This document shows, one piece after another, positions 20,719 through 31,399 of a stretch of 64,000 nucleotides of DNA (the first letter of the stretch is position 1; the number at the start of each line of letters is the position of its first letter). Location: positions 206,903-270,902 of the forward strand of contig CAVVSK010000014.1 of the NCBI GenBank assembly GCA_963750965.1. Reading direction: 5' to 3'. This DNA is from an uncultured Alphaproteobacteria bacterium. GTDB lineage: Bacteria > Pseudomonadota > Alphaproteobacteria > Rhizobiales > Xanthobacteraceae. Both the position numbers and the translations under genes were made by a program. The notes under the pieces are model-generated. The model made no database searches. It was not told where the DNA came from and was given only the letters and a program-made list of their open reading frames with translations.

Positions 20719-23112
20719 ATGGATCAACGAACGCTGTCGACCTTAGGCGAGCTTGAGCGCAAGGCGCTGTGGCTCGCCGCCTGGACGATCCACCACGCCA
20801 ACCATGTACGCGAGAGCGTGGACGGGATGAAGGTGGGCGGCCATCAGGCCTCGTCGGCTTCGCTCGTCACCATCATGACGGCGCTATACTTCCACGTATT
20901 GCGGCCGCAGGATCGCGTGGCGGTGAAGCCGCATGCAAGCCCGGTGTTTCACGCCATCCAGTACCTGCTGGGGCGGCAGACACGCGACAAGCTCGCGGCG
21001 TTTCGCGGCTACAAGGGCGCGCAAAGCTACCCTTCGCGCACCAAGGACGTCGACGATGTCGACTTCTCGACCGGGTCCGTCGGCTTAGGAGTCGCGCAAA
21101 CGCTGTTTTCCTCGCTGGTGCAGGATTATGTGCGCGCCCATGGCTGGGGGCTGACGCGGCCGGAAGGCCGCATGATCGCGCTCGTCGGCGATGCCGAGCT
21201 CGACGAGGGCAACGTCTTCGAGTCGGTTCTCGAGGGCTGGAAGCAGGGCATACGTAACTGCTGGTGGGTCATCGACTATAACCGTCAGAGCCTCGACGCG
21301 GTGGTGCGCGAGGGCCTGTGGGCGCGTTACGAGGCGTTGTTCCGCGCGTTCGGCTGGGACGTCGTGATTCTGAAATACGGCTCCATGCTGGAGGACGCAT
21401 TCCGCGAGCCCGGCGGCAAGCGCTTGCGCGACTGGATCGATAAGTGCCCCAACCAGCTCTATTCGGCGCTAGTGTTCCAGGGCGGCGCAGCCTGGCGCCG
21501 CCGCCTCCTCGATGATCTCGGCGATCAGGGCGCGATCACGCGCCTCCTCGACAAGCGCTCGGATGCCGAGCTGGCGCGGTTGATGACGAATCTCGCCGGC
21601 CATGATCTGCCGACGCTGCTGCGGGCTTTTGCGACGGTCGATCACGACCGTCCGATTTGCTTCATCACCTATACCATCAAGGGTTTCGGACTTCCCTTCG
21701 CAGGTCACAAGGACAATCACGCCGGCCTGATGACCCCGACGCAGATGGAAGCCTTTCGCGAAGCAATGCGGATCAGGCCGGGGCACGAGTGGGACCGGTT
21801 CGAAGGGCTACAAACCTCTCCGGCCGACCTGCAGGCATTCATCGACCAGTCGCCGCTCGCGCCCGAAATACAGCGGCGGCATCGGGCCATGCCCATCGAA
21901 GTCCCGGCCGAACTTTCGATGCCGACGCAAAAGGTGACATCCACGCAGGCCGGTTTCGGGTCGTTGCTCAATGAGATTGCCCGCGGCGCAACGCCGCTTG
22001 CAGAGCGCATTGTCACCACGTCACCCGACGTCACCATCTCGACCAATCTCGGCCCATGGGTGAACCGGCGCGGCCTGTTCGCCCGCGAATCGCTTGCGGA
22101 CACGTTCAAGAAAGAACGCATTGCCTCGACCTTCACCTGGGAGTTTTCTCCCAAGGGCCAGCACATCGAACTCGGCATCGCCGAGAACAACCTCTTCATC
22201 CTGCTCTCCGCGCTCGGCTTGTCCCACAGCATCAATGGCGAGCGGCTGCTGCCGATTGGGACGCTCTATGATCCATTCATCGCGCGCGGCCTCGATGCGC
22301 TCAATTACGCCTGCTATCAGGATGCGCGGTTCATCCTGGTGGCGACGCCATCGGGCATCACGTTGTCGTCGGAGGGCGGCGCGCATCAGTCGATCGGAAC
22401 GCCGCTAATCGGAATGGCGCAGGACGGACTTGCCGCCTTCGAGCCCGCGTTCGTCGATGAGCTTGCGGTCGTGCTCGCCTGGGCGCTCGCCTACATCCAG
22501 AAGGAGAGCGACGGAGAAGCCTCCGAGCGCAACTGGTTGCGCGACGAAACCGGCGGGTCGGTTTATCTGCGGTTGACCACGCGGCCGATCGAGCAATTAA
22601 GCCGCGCGCTGACTCCGGAACTGCGCCAGGCGATCATCGACGGCGCCTATTGGCTGCGCCAGCCCGGGCCGAACTGCCAGGTGGTGGTCGCCTATACCGG
22701 CGCCGTGGCGCCGGAGGCGATCCAGGCAGTTGGGTTGATGGCGGAGGACCGGCGCGACGTCGGTTTGCTCGCTATCACTTCGGCCGATCGGCTCAATGCC
22801 GGCTGGACCGCAGCGAGCCGTGCCCGCGAGCGCGGTCTCGTGCATGCCGCCTCACATATCGAGCGCCTGCTGAGCGAGGCGCCGTCGCATTGCGGCCTCG
22901 TCACCGTGACCGACGGCCATCCCGCTACTCTCGCCTGGCTCGGCGCCGTCCACGGCCATCGCGTGCGTCCGCTCGGCGTGGAGCATTTCGGGCAGACCGG
23001 GTCACTTCCCGACCTCTACCGCCACTATGGCGTCGACGCGAACACCATCGTCGCCGCCGCCCAGGCGATCGCGCCCGGCAAGCCGATCCGCCACCTCAAG
23101 GCGTTGCCGTGA
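20719..23112 (+). CDS. homodimeric-type 2-oxoacid (pyruvate) dehydrogenase E1 component-like protein, N-terminally short
   Basis: 797 aa with AceE-like layout: GGHQASSASL, the ThDP-binding GDAELDEGN...NRQSLD and a transketolase-like middle/C-terminal domain. No E2 or E3 genes are nearby. Confidence 0.8.
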   Translation: MDQRTLSTLGELERKALWLAAWTIHHANHVRESVDGMKVGGHQASSASLVTIMTALYFHVLRPQDRVAVKPHASPVFHAIQYLLGRQTRDKLAAFRGYKGAQSYPSRTKDVDDVDFSTGSVGLGVAQTLFSSLVQDYVRAHGWGLTRPEGRMIALVGDAELDEGNVFESVLEGWKQGIRNCWWVIDYNRQSLDAVVREGLWARYEALFRAFGWDVVILKYGSMLEDAFREPGGKRLRDWIDKCPNQLYSALVFQGGAAWRRRLLDDLGDQGAITRLLDKRSDAELARLMTNLAGHDLPTLLRAFATVDHDRPICFITYTIKGFGLPFAGHKDNHAGLMTPTQMEAFREAMRIRPGHEWDRFEGLQTSPADLQAFIDQSPLAPEIQRRHRAMPIEVPAELSMPTQKVTSTQAGFGSLLNEIARGATPLAERIVTTSPDVTISTNLGPWVNRRGLFARESLADTFKKERIASTFTWEFSPKGQHIELGIAENNLFILLSALGLSHSINGERLLPIGTLYDPFIARGLDALNYACYQDARFILVATPSGITLSSEGGAHQSIGTPLIGMAQDGLAAFEPAFVDELAVVLAWALAYIQKESDGEASERNWLRDETGGSVYLRLTTRPIEQLSRALTPELRQAIIDGAYWLRQPGPNCQVVVAYTGAVAPEAIQAVGLMAEDRRDVGLLAITSADRLNAGWTAASRARERGLVHAASHIERLLSEAPSHCGLVTVTDGHPATLAWLGAVHGHRVRPLGVEHFGQTGSLPDLYRHYGVDANTIVAAAQAIAPGKPIRHLKALP

Positions 23113-23133
23113 CCCGTCTCGAAAGAGATGAGA

Positions 23134-23517
23134 TCAGCCCATCGCAACTTCGCTGCCGACGGTCTGGTTGAGTTTCTTGGTCAAGCCTTCGATGCGGGCG
23201 GCAGCTGAGTTGAAGGCAGCGACCAGAGCAGCCTGCGTCACCTGGCTACGGTCGGCGGCCATTACCCGCGCATCCTTGAACCCGGCCAGTTCTTGCTCCA
23301 GCCGGCGGATGGTCTTGCCAGCCTCGGACAGTTCATCGGCGACCGTCAGCGCCGCCATTACCGTGAGGCGCGTGTCACCTACTTCGCCGAAGCTCGCGCG
23401 CAGCTGCGCAATGCGCTGATCCAAATCCTGCGAGAGCTTGAGCAGATGCTCCTCTTGCCCGTTCTCGCAGGCCACCCGGTATTGCCGCGCATTGATGGTA
23501 ACATTCAGTTCGGACAT
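23134..23517 (-). CDS. zapA: cell division protein ZapA
   Basis: VTINARQYRVACENGQEEHLLKLSQDLD...RLTVMAALTVADEL matches the ZapA signature. Confidence 0.88.
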   Translation of the reverse strand: MSELNVTINARQYRVACENGQEEHLLKLSQDLDQRIAQLRASFGEVGDTRLTVMAALTVADELSEAGKTIRRLEQELAGFKDARVMAADRSQVTQAALVAAFNSAAARIEGLTKKLNQTVGSEVAMG

Positions 23518-23529
23518 CGGGAGCCCTCA

Positions 23530-23820
23530 TCATCGGCGTTCTTGGCCATCAATCACCGCGCGGATGCCATCCATCGCTACATCAATGCGGCGAGCGATGT
23601 CACGGTTGACGGTCTCGATCTCGCGCGACCGCGCGGTCACGTCGTCCAGTTCCGCGGTGAGGCGCGAGCGGTCGGCGCCCAGCGCATGCAATTGAGCGCC
23701 AAGCGATTGTCCTCCGCGATCGGCTTCGTGGCGCCGCTCGACCGCGGCTTCCAGCGCGTCCAGCGCCTGCGAAAGGCGCTTCGTCGCGGCGTCGATCGTA
23801 GCCGTATCTGCCATGGCCAA
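23530..23820 (-). CDS. DUF4164 family coiled-coil protein
   Basis: 96-aa helical protein in its usual position directly upstream of zapA and divergent from tkt. Confidence 0.7.
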   Translation of the reverse strand: MAMADTATIDAATKRLSQALDALEAAVERRHEADRGGQSLGAQLHALGADRSRLTAELDDVTARSREIETVNRDIARRIDVAMDGIRAVIDGQERR

Positions 23821-24043
23821 ATCCCCCGGTTGCCGGCTCTCGCGCCGATTCCTCTCGGAATTTCTTGTTTCGGCAAGCGCTTAGATCGGGAATCTTACGT
23901 GTTGCCGTATCACGACGTCAATCACCTGCGCCGACTTGCTCGCTGTCTTTTCGTCACGCCTGTGCATGGCCCGGATTTACAGCACCGCCTTGGTTTGATT
24001 CGCCTTTTTCACGTGCTATCCCACTTCAAAGGATGGCCTTCCT

Positions 24044-26099
24044 ATGAATGCACAATCTTCGTCGGCAGCAACGGTCGCCGCTTCGCAGCCGGGCCGCTCG
24101 GCCGGAACACCGGCTGTGAGCCGCGCAGAACACGACCGCATGGCCAATGCCATCCGCGCGCTGGCGATGGACGCGGTGGAACAGGCCAAATCCGGACATC
24201 CCGGCCTGCCGATGGGCGCGGCCGATATCGCCACGGTCCTCTTCACGCGCTTTTTGAAATTTGATCCCGCCGAACTGAAATGGCCGGACCGTGATCGCTT
24301 CGTGCTGTCGGCCGGGCACGGCTCGATGCTGATCTACGCCCTGCTCCACCTGCTCGGCGCGGAGAGCATGCCGATCGAGCAGATCAAAAACTTCCGCCAG
24401 ATCGGCTCGGTTACTCCCGGTCATCCGGAGAGTTTCATCACACCGGGTGTGGAAACCACCACAGGCCCGCTCGGCCAGGGCCTCGCCAACGCGGTCGGTA
24501 TGGCGATCGCGGAACGGCACCTGGCGACGGAATTTGGCGATCTGGTGGATCACCGCACCTATGTGCTCGCCTCCGACGGCGACCTGATGGAAGGCATTAG
24601 CCAGGAGGCGATCGCGCTCGCCGGGCATCTGAAGCTCAACCGGCTGATCGTGCTGTTCGACGACAACGGCATTTCCATCGATGGCCCGCTGTCGCTCACC
24701 GATAGCGTCGATCAGGTGAAGCGCTTCGAAGCCTGCGGCTGGGCCGCGATGCGCGTGGACGGTCATGATCCGCAGGCTATCGCCGCGGCGATCCAGCGGG
24801 CGCAGCTGTCGGACAAGCCAACGCTGATCGCCTGCAAGACCACCATCGGATTCGGCGCGCCGACCAAGGCGGGGAAGGCTTCATCGCACGGCTCGGCGCT
24901 CGGCGCCGATGAGATCGCAGGCGCGCGCAAGGCGCTGGGCTGGAGCGAGGCCGCCTTCGAAATTCCCGCCGACATCCGCGACGCCTGGCGCAAGGCCAGC
25001 AAGCGCTCGCAGGAGGCGCATGCTGCCTGGAACAAGAAACTCGCCGCGCTCGAGGCCGGCAAGCGCGCGGAATTCGAGCGGCGCATGCGGGGCGAGATTG
25101 CTTCCGACAAGCTGGCTGAAGCCGTGCAGGCGGTGAAGAAGCGCCTTGCCGATGCGCCGAAGGAAATCGCCACGCGCGCAGCGTCGGAACTCGCACTGGA
25201 GACTTCTCATTCCGGCAATTCCGGAAATGATTGGCGGCTCTGCCGATCTCACCGGCTCCAACAATACCAAGACCAAGAGCATGCAGGTGATGTCCGCTGC
25301 TGACTATGGTGGGCGCTTCATTCATTACGGGATCCGGGAGCATGCCATGGCCTCGGCCATGAACGGCATGACTTTGCACGGCGGCATCATTCCTTATTCC
25401 GGCACTTTCCTGGTTTTCTCCGATTACAGCCGGCCTGCAATCCGCCTCGGGGCTTTGATGGGCGCTCGCGTCATCCATGTGATGACGCATGACTCCATCG
25501 GCCTCGGCGAAGATGGGCCGACCCATCAGCCGGTCGAGCATCTCGCCGCGTTGCGCGCGATCCCGAATCTGCTGGTGTTCCGCCCGGCCGACGCCGTGGA
25601 GACCGTGGAATGCTGGCAACTCGCATTGGAAGCGAAGGATAGCCCGAGCGTGCTGGCACTGACGCGTCAGAACCTGCCGCAGCTTCGCCTCGGTCACGAC
25701 AAAGACAATCGCTGCGCGCGGGGCGCCTATGAAATCGAGCCGGCGGAAGGCAAGGCCCAGGTCTCCCTCTTCGCCACCGGCTCGGAAGTCGCCATTGCGC
25801 TGGAGGCGCGCAAGCTCTTGGCGGCCAGGGGCGTCGCTGCCCGCGTGGTGTCGGTGCCTTGTTTCGAACTGTTCTTCGCCGCACCCGACGACTATCGCGA
25901 GGCCATCATCGGTACGGCGCCGGTTCGGGTCGGCATCGAGGCCGCCGTGCGCCAGGGCTGGGACGCCATCATCGGCAGTGACGGGCTGTTCGTCGGCATG
26001 ACGACCTTCGGCGCCAGCGCGCCTTACAAGGACCTTTACAAGCATTTCGGCATCACGCCGGAGAAGGTCGCCGAAACGGCATTGAGCCGCCTGCGTTAA
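24044..26099 (+). pseudogene. tkt: transketolase, interrupted by a +1 frameshift at ~25204
   Basis: The N-terminal 386 aa ([17 protein letters not shown], ThDP motif GDLMEGIS) end at ...ASELALET. The protein continues in the next frame as [21 protein letters not shown]...; removing one T from GACTTC (25201-25206) restores the frame. Confidence 0.93.
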
Positions 26100-26175
26100 T
26101 CTGTCATTGCCGAGCTTGACCCGGCCACCCATCTACTTATGCAAGCGGGCCTGATGACTAGAGGAGTCTGAGCAA

Positions 26176-27184
26176 ATGACCGTTCGTGTTGGGATCAACG
26201 GCTTCGGCCGCATCGGCCGCAACATCCTGCGCGCCATCATCGAGTTCAGGGCGCAAGGACATCCAGGTCGTCGGCATCAACGACCTCGGGCCGGTGGAAA
26301 CCAACGCACATTTGTTACGCTACGACAGCGTGCATGGCCGCTTTCCGCGTGAGGTGACGGTCAAGGGTGACAGCATCGATTGCGGGCTCGGCCCGATGAA
26401 GGTAACCGCGATCAAGGATCCGGCTCAGCTTCCCTGGAAGGAACTGGGCGTCGACATCGCCCTCGAATGCACCGGCATCTTCACCACCAAGGAAAAGGCG
26501 GCTGCGCATCTGACTGCCGGCGCCAAGCGCGTGATCATCTCCGCGCCCGCCGAAGGCGTCGACATGACGGTGGTCTACGGCGTCAACCACGACAAGCTGA
26601 CGAAGGATCACAAGATCATCTCGAATGCCTCCTGCACCACCAATTGCCTGGCGCCGGTGGCGCAGGTGCTCAACAACGCCGTGGGGATCGACAAGGGCTT
26701 CATGACCACGATCCATTCCTATACCGGCGACCAGCCGACGCTCGACACCATGCACAAGGACCTCTATCGCGCCCGCGCCGCAGCGCTGAACATGATCCCG
26801 ACCTCGACCGGAGCCGCCAAGGCCGTCGGCCTGGTGCTGCCGGAACTCTCCGGCAAGCTCGATGGCGTCGCCATCCGCGTACCGACGCCGAATGTCTCGG
26901 TGGTGGATTTCAAATTCGTGGCGAGCAAGGCAACGAGCAAGGACGAAATTAACGAGGCGATCAAGCGTGCATCGGAGCAGCAGCTCAAGGGCATCCTCAC
27001 CTATACCAATGAGCCCAATGTCTCGTCGGACTTCAACCACGATCCGCATTCCTCGATCTTCCACATGGACCAGACCAAGGTGATGGACGGCAATTTCGTG
27101 CGGGTGATGTCCTGGTACGACAACGAGTGGGGCTTCTCCAACCGCATGGCCGACACCTCCGTGGCGATGGGGAAGCTGCTCTAA
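26176..27184 (+). pseudogene. gap: type I glyceraldehyde-3-phosphate dehydrogenase, interrupted by a +1 frameshift at ~26246
   Basis: The ATG at 26176 gives MTVRVGINGFGRIGRNILRAIIE. The protein continues in the next frame as (S)GRKDIQVVGINDLGP...SCTTNCLAP...; removing one T from GAGTTCA (26242-26248) restores IIESGRKD. Confidence 0.93.
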
Positions 27185-27253
27185 TTCATCGGCCTCGTCC
27201 TTCGAGACGCCGCGCTCCGCGCGGCTCGAAGGATGAGGCCCATTGAGAAGCTG

Positions 27254-28447
27254 ATGGCCAATTTCCGCACACTCGATGACGCCGACGTGCGCGACAAACG
27301 CGTGCTGCTGCGGCTCGACCTCAACGTTCCGACCGAAAACGGTGAGGTCACCGATACGACACGGCTGGAGCGCGTCGTGCCAACCATCCGCGAGATCGCG
27401 GACAAGGGTGGCAAAGTCATTCTGCTTTCGCATTTCGGCCGGCCGAAAGGGCGCGACACCAAGAACTCGCTTAAGCCGGTCGCTGCGAAGCTCTCAGAAG
27501 TGCTTGGCCGTCCTGTCGGCTTTGTCGATGATTGCGTCGGCGAGCGCGCCGATGCGGCGGTCAAAGCGATGACGCCGGGCGAGGTCGTGTGCTTGGAGAA
27601 CACACGCTTTCATCCCGAGGAAGAGAAAAACGATCCCGCTTTCGTTGCGCAGATCGCCCAGCTCGGCGACATCTATGTCAACGACGCCTTCTCCGCCGCG
27701 CACCGAGCGCATGCCTCGACCGAAGGGCTGGCGCACAAACTGCCCGCCTTTGCCGGCCGGGCCATGCAGGCCGAACTGGAGGCGCTGTCGAATGCGCTGG
27801 AGCAGCCGCAGCGTCCCGTGACCGCGATCGTCGGCGGCGCGAAAATTTCCACCAAGCTCGATCTGCTTGGCAACCTCCTCAAAAAGGTGGACATGCTGAT
27901 CATTGGCGGCGCCATGGCGAATACTTTTTTGCTCGCACAAGGGCGCGGCGTTGGAAAATCGCTGGTTGAGCGGGATCTGGTCCCAACCGCGCAAGAAATC
28001 CTCGCCAAGGCCAAAGCGGACAATCGTGAAATCCTGCTTCCGGTGGACGCGGTGGTGGCCCGCAAGTTCGAAGCGCATGCGCCCTCGCGTGTGGTTGACG
28101 TGGCCGGGGTCGCGGACGATGAGATGATCCTGGACATCGGTCCCCGCAGCATCGAGCAGGTAGCTTCCGTGCTGGCGCGCAGCAGTACGCTGGTCTGGAA
28201 CGGGCCCTTCGGTGCTTTCGAAATGGAGCCCTTCGATACGGGGACGGTGGAGGCGGCGGAAGCCGCGGCCGAATTGACGCAGGCTGGAAAGCTCGTTTCG
28301 GTTGCGGGCGGCGGAGATACCGTGGCCGCACTCAATACCGCCGGCGCGGCGGACCGCTTTACCTATGTCTCCACGGCGGGTGGGGCCTTCCTGGAATGGA
28401 TGGAAGGCAAACCCTTGCCGGGGGTGGAGGCATTGAGGGTAAAATGA
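27254..28447 (+). CDS. pgk: phosphoglycerate kinase
   Basis: [26 protein letters not shown]...SHFGRPKG and the GGGDT motif. The gene is intact. Confidence 0.95.
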   Translation: MANFRTLDDADVRDKRVLLRLDLNVPTENGEVTDTTRLERVVPTIREIADKGGKVILLSHFGRPKGRDTKNSLKPVAAKLSEVLGRPVGFVDDCVGERADAAVKAMTPGEVVCLENTRFHPEEEKNDPAFVAQIAQLGDIYVNDAFSAAHRAHASTEGLAHKLPAFAGRAMQAELEALSNALEQPQRPVTAIVGGAKISTKLDLLGNLLKKVDMLIIGGAMANTFLLAQGRGVGKSLVERDLVPTAQEILAKAKADNREILLPVDAVVARKFEAHAPSRVVDVAGVADDEMILDIGPRSIEQVASVLARSSTLVWNGPFGAFEMEPFDTGTVEAAEAAAELTQAGKLVSVAGGGDTVAALNTAGAADRFTYVSTAGGAFLEWMEGKPLPGVEALRVK

Positions 28448-28523
28448 CGCCAAGGTTCCTGTCATGCCGAGGATCGCGGTCGCCGTGCGCCCGGATGACA
28501 AATAGTCAGATGAGGAAAATCCG

Positions 28524-29551
28524 ATGAATCTCGCCGAATTGAACAAAATCGCCCAGGCCATGGTCGCTCCCGGCAAGGGGATCCTCGCCGCTGACGAGTT
28601 CCTCGGGCACGATCAAGAAGCGCTTCGACGCCATCGGCGTGGAATCCACCGAGGATAATCGGCGCGACTACCGCGAGCTGATGTTCCGGTCGAAAGACGC
28701 AATGTCGAAATACATATCCGGCGTCATCCTCTATGACGAAACCATCCGGCAAAAAGCAAAGGACGGCACGCCGCTGGTCAAGGTCATCGAGCAAGCCGGA
28801 TCGATCCCCGGCATCAAGGTCGACAAGGGCACCAAGCCGCAACCCTATCTGCCCAGGCGAGGTGGTTACCGAAGGACTGGACGGGCTCGGCGAGCGGCTC
28901 GCGGAATATCGCAAGCTCGGCGCCCGCTTCGCCAAGTGGCGCGCCGTCTACGACATCGGCCAGGGCATTCCGAGCTATGCCAATATCCGCGCCAACGGTC
29001 ATGCGCTCGCGCGCTATGCCGCGCTCTGCCAGCAGGAAGACATCGTGCCGATCGTCGAGCCGGAAGTGTTGATGGACGGCGGGCACGACATCGACACCTG
29101 CTACATGGTGACGGAGTTCGTGCTGAAAGAAACGTTTCAGGAGCTCTACTATCAGAAGGTTCCGCTCGAAGGCATGGTGCTGAAGCCGAATATGGTGGTG
29201 CCGGGTAAGAAGAGCGGCAAGCAAAGCTCGGTGCAGGAAGTTGCGGAGAAAACCGTGAAGCTCCTGAAGGCCTGCGTGCCGAGCGCCGTGCCGGGCATCG
29301 CCTTCCTGTCAGGTGGCCAGTCGGACGAGGAAGCCACCGCGCATCTGGATGCCATGAACAAGATCGGCAACCTGCCCTGGAAACTGACCTTCTCCTATGG
29401 CCGCGCGCTGCAGCATGCGGTGCAGCAGACGTGGAAAGGCAAAGCTGAGAACGTCGCCGCCGCGCAGCGCGCCTTCGCGCATCGCGCCGAAATGAACGGC
29501 CTCGCCGCGCTCGGCAAATGGCAGAAGGATCTGGAGAAGAAGGCGGCCTGA
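28524..29551 (+). pseudogene. fba: class I fructose-bisphosphate aldolase, interrupted by two +1 frameshifts (~28599 and ~28854)
   Basis: MNLAELNKIAQAMVAPGKGILAADE is in one frame and SSGTIKKRFDAIGVESTEDNRRDY...GIKVDKGTKPQPYLP in the next. GEVVTEGLDGLGERLAEYRKLGARFAKWRAV...LSGGQS...SYGRALQ is in the third. The first shift is a duplicated T in GAGTTC (28596-28601). Confidence 0.92.
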
Positions 29552-29677
29552 TCAACTCTCCGGCCCGAGCATAATGGGCTGATCGACGCTGAATATTCTC
29601 CGCTCGTTGCAGCGCAAGCGGCAATCCAGTTCTGTTGTTGAACCCTGGGTCCCGCTTTCGCGGGAACGAGCGGGGAT

Positions 29678-30925
29678 TTATCCGATCAGACCCGAGCTTA
29701 GCTGTTTCGCCTGCGCGGCGCGCTCTGCGTCGATCATGAAGTCGCGCGTGATCGGGACCGCGTCGCGCGTCTTCGCCAGCAGGAGCTGGAACACCATGTG
29801 CGATCCGTGCAGAAATTCCAGCTCCACGGCGGAGAGATACCATTCCCACATCCGGCAGAAGCGCTCGTCATAGATGCGCTTGGCCGCCTCGCGGTTGGCG
29901 GCGAAGCGTTTTCGCCAGTGCTGGCAGGTGTAGTAATAGTGCAGCCGCAGGATTTCATTGTCGGCCACCCATAATCCATTGCGCTCGGTGGCGGCGAAGA
30001 CTTCCGACAGCGACGGCACGTAAGCTCCCGGGAAAATATATTTGCGGATGAACGGCCCGGTCGTACCCGGCACCGACATGCGTCCGATGCAATGGATGAA
30101 GGCGTAACCGTCATCCTTCAGCAGGTCGCGCACTGTCCAGAAATACTCGTCGAGATGGCCGATGCCGACATGCTCCATCATCCCGACCGAGACCACGCGG
30201 TCGAACTTTCCATCCAGCTTGCGGTAGTCGAGTTCGCGGAACTCCACCCGGTCGGCGACGCCCGCCTCCTGCGCGCGCTCGCGCGACACCTTCAGCTGCT
30301 CGGGCGAGACGTTGATCGCGGTGACATGCGCGCCGGTCTCACGCGCAAGATGGATGGCGAAACCGCCCCAGCCCGATCCGATCTCCGCGACCGTCATGCC
30401 CGGTTTCAGTTGCAGCTTGGTGGTGGCGTGAATGAGCTTGTTGTGCTGCGCCTGTTCCAGCGTCTCATGCTCGGGATCGCGGAAATAGGCGCAGGAATAT
30501 TGCATGTCCTTGTCGAGGAAGAGCCGGTAGAGCTCGCTCGATATGTCGTAATGATGCCGCGCATGCTTGGCCGCTTCCCCGATTGGATTGGCCTGGTGCC
30601 AGCGTCGCAGCGCGCGCCAGACCTTTCGCATCACCTTCTGCGAGCCATAGCTGTAGAGCGCGGAGCGATTGACCGAGAACAGCATCAGGAAATCATGGAC
30701 GCCGCTGCCCTCCTCGAAGGTGAGCTTGCCGTCCATATAGGCTTCGGCCGCGTAAAGCTCCGGATTGACGAAGAGCTTCTTCTCCAACGCGCGATCGTGC
30801 AGGCGCGCGGTGACGGTAGGTCCCGGCTGCCGCCCGCCGAACACATGCAATTGCCCGTCGGCGTCGTAAAAGCGCAGGCTTCCCTTCTTGATGAACTTTG
30901 TCAGCAGATTGGAAAGCAAGCGCAT
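29678..30925 (-). CDS. cfa: cyclopropane-fatty-acyl-phospholipid synthase family methyltransferase
   Basis: HYDISSELYRLFLDKDMQYSCAYF and the SAM motif VAEIGSGWGGFAIHLA. Confidence 0.88.
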   Translation of the reverse strand: MRLLSNLLTKFIKKGSLRFYDADGQLHVFGGRQPGPTVTARLHDRALEKKLFVNPELYAAEAYMDGKLTFEEGSGVHDFLMLFSVNRSALYSYGSQKVMRKVWRALRRWHQANPIGEAAKHARHHYDISSELYRLFLDKDMQYSCAYFRDPEHETLEQAQHNKLIHATTKLQLKPGMTVAEIGSGWGGFAIHLARETGAHVTAINVSPEQLKVSRERAQEAGVADRVEFRELDYRKLDGKFDRVVSVGMMEHVGIGHLDEYFWTVRDLLKDDGYAFIHCIGRMSVPGTTGPFIRKYIFPGAYVPSLSEVFAATERNGLWVADNEILRLHYYYTCQHWRKRFAANREAAKRIYDERFCRMWEWYLSAVELEFLHGSHMVFQLLLAKTRDAVPITRDFMIDAERAAQAKQLSSGLIG

Positions 30926-31022
30926 TAAAATTTCCTCGCTAGGGGGCTGATGTCGCAACAGGCAATTTCAGCCGTTGCCCCTTGATAGTCAAACCTCGGA
31001 GAACCCGCCTGAAGGAACGTAA

Positions 31023-31337
31023 TTGCGTAGCATTGAGTTACCGCGCATGAGCCGAAAGCACGAGCAAGACCTCGACGAGCATCTGGAACGTCTTGAGGGC
31101 AGACTGCCGGGATGGGCCGCTAAATTCGTCAGTTGGCTTCGCCGGCCCAATTCGCGGTGGCTCCGCCTTCCACTCGGAATTTTTCTGATTATCGCTGGAA
31201 TTGTCGGCTTCCTGCCGATACTGGGGTTCTGGATGATACCACTCGGTTTCATCGTGATCGCAAAAGATTTGCCGCCTCTGCAGCCGGCGCTGGTGCGCGT
31301 CCTGGATTGGGCCGAGCGCAAATGGCAGGCCAAATAG
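31023..31337 (+). CDS. small membrane protein (hypothetical)
   Basis: 104-aa ORF with two adjacent TM segments (LPLGIFLIIAGIVGFLPILGFWMIPLGFIVI). No family was assigned. Confidence 0.5.
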   Translation: MRSIELPRMSRKHEQDLDEHLERLEGRLPGWAAKFVSWLRRPNSRWLRLPLGIFLIIAGIVGFLPILGFWMIPLGFIVIAKDLPPLQPALVRVLDWAERKWQAK

Positions 31338-31399
31338 ACCAGCTGAACCACGGCGAGCCCAGTCAAACTACCGCCGGATTGCGCTATCATAGGGGCACC

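Noticed and set aside
20719-23112. The E1 gene as a recently transferred island
   Set aside because: No flanking repeats, integrase or tRNA are present and there is no obvious compositional break. The insertion into the zapA-ssrS locus may be ancestral to the lineage, so only the synteny observation is reported.
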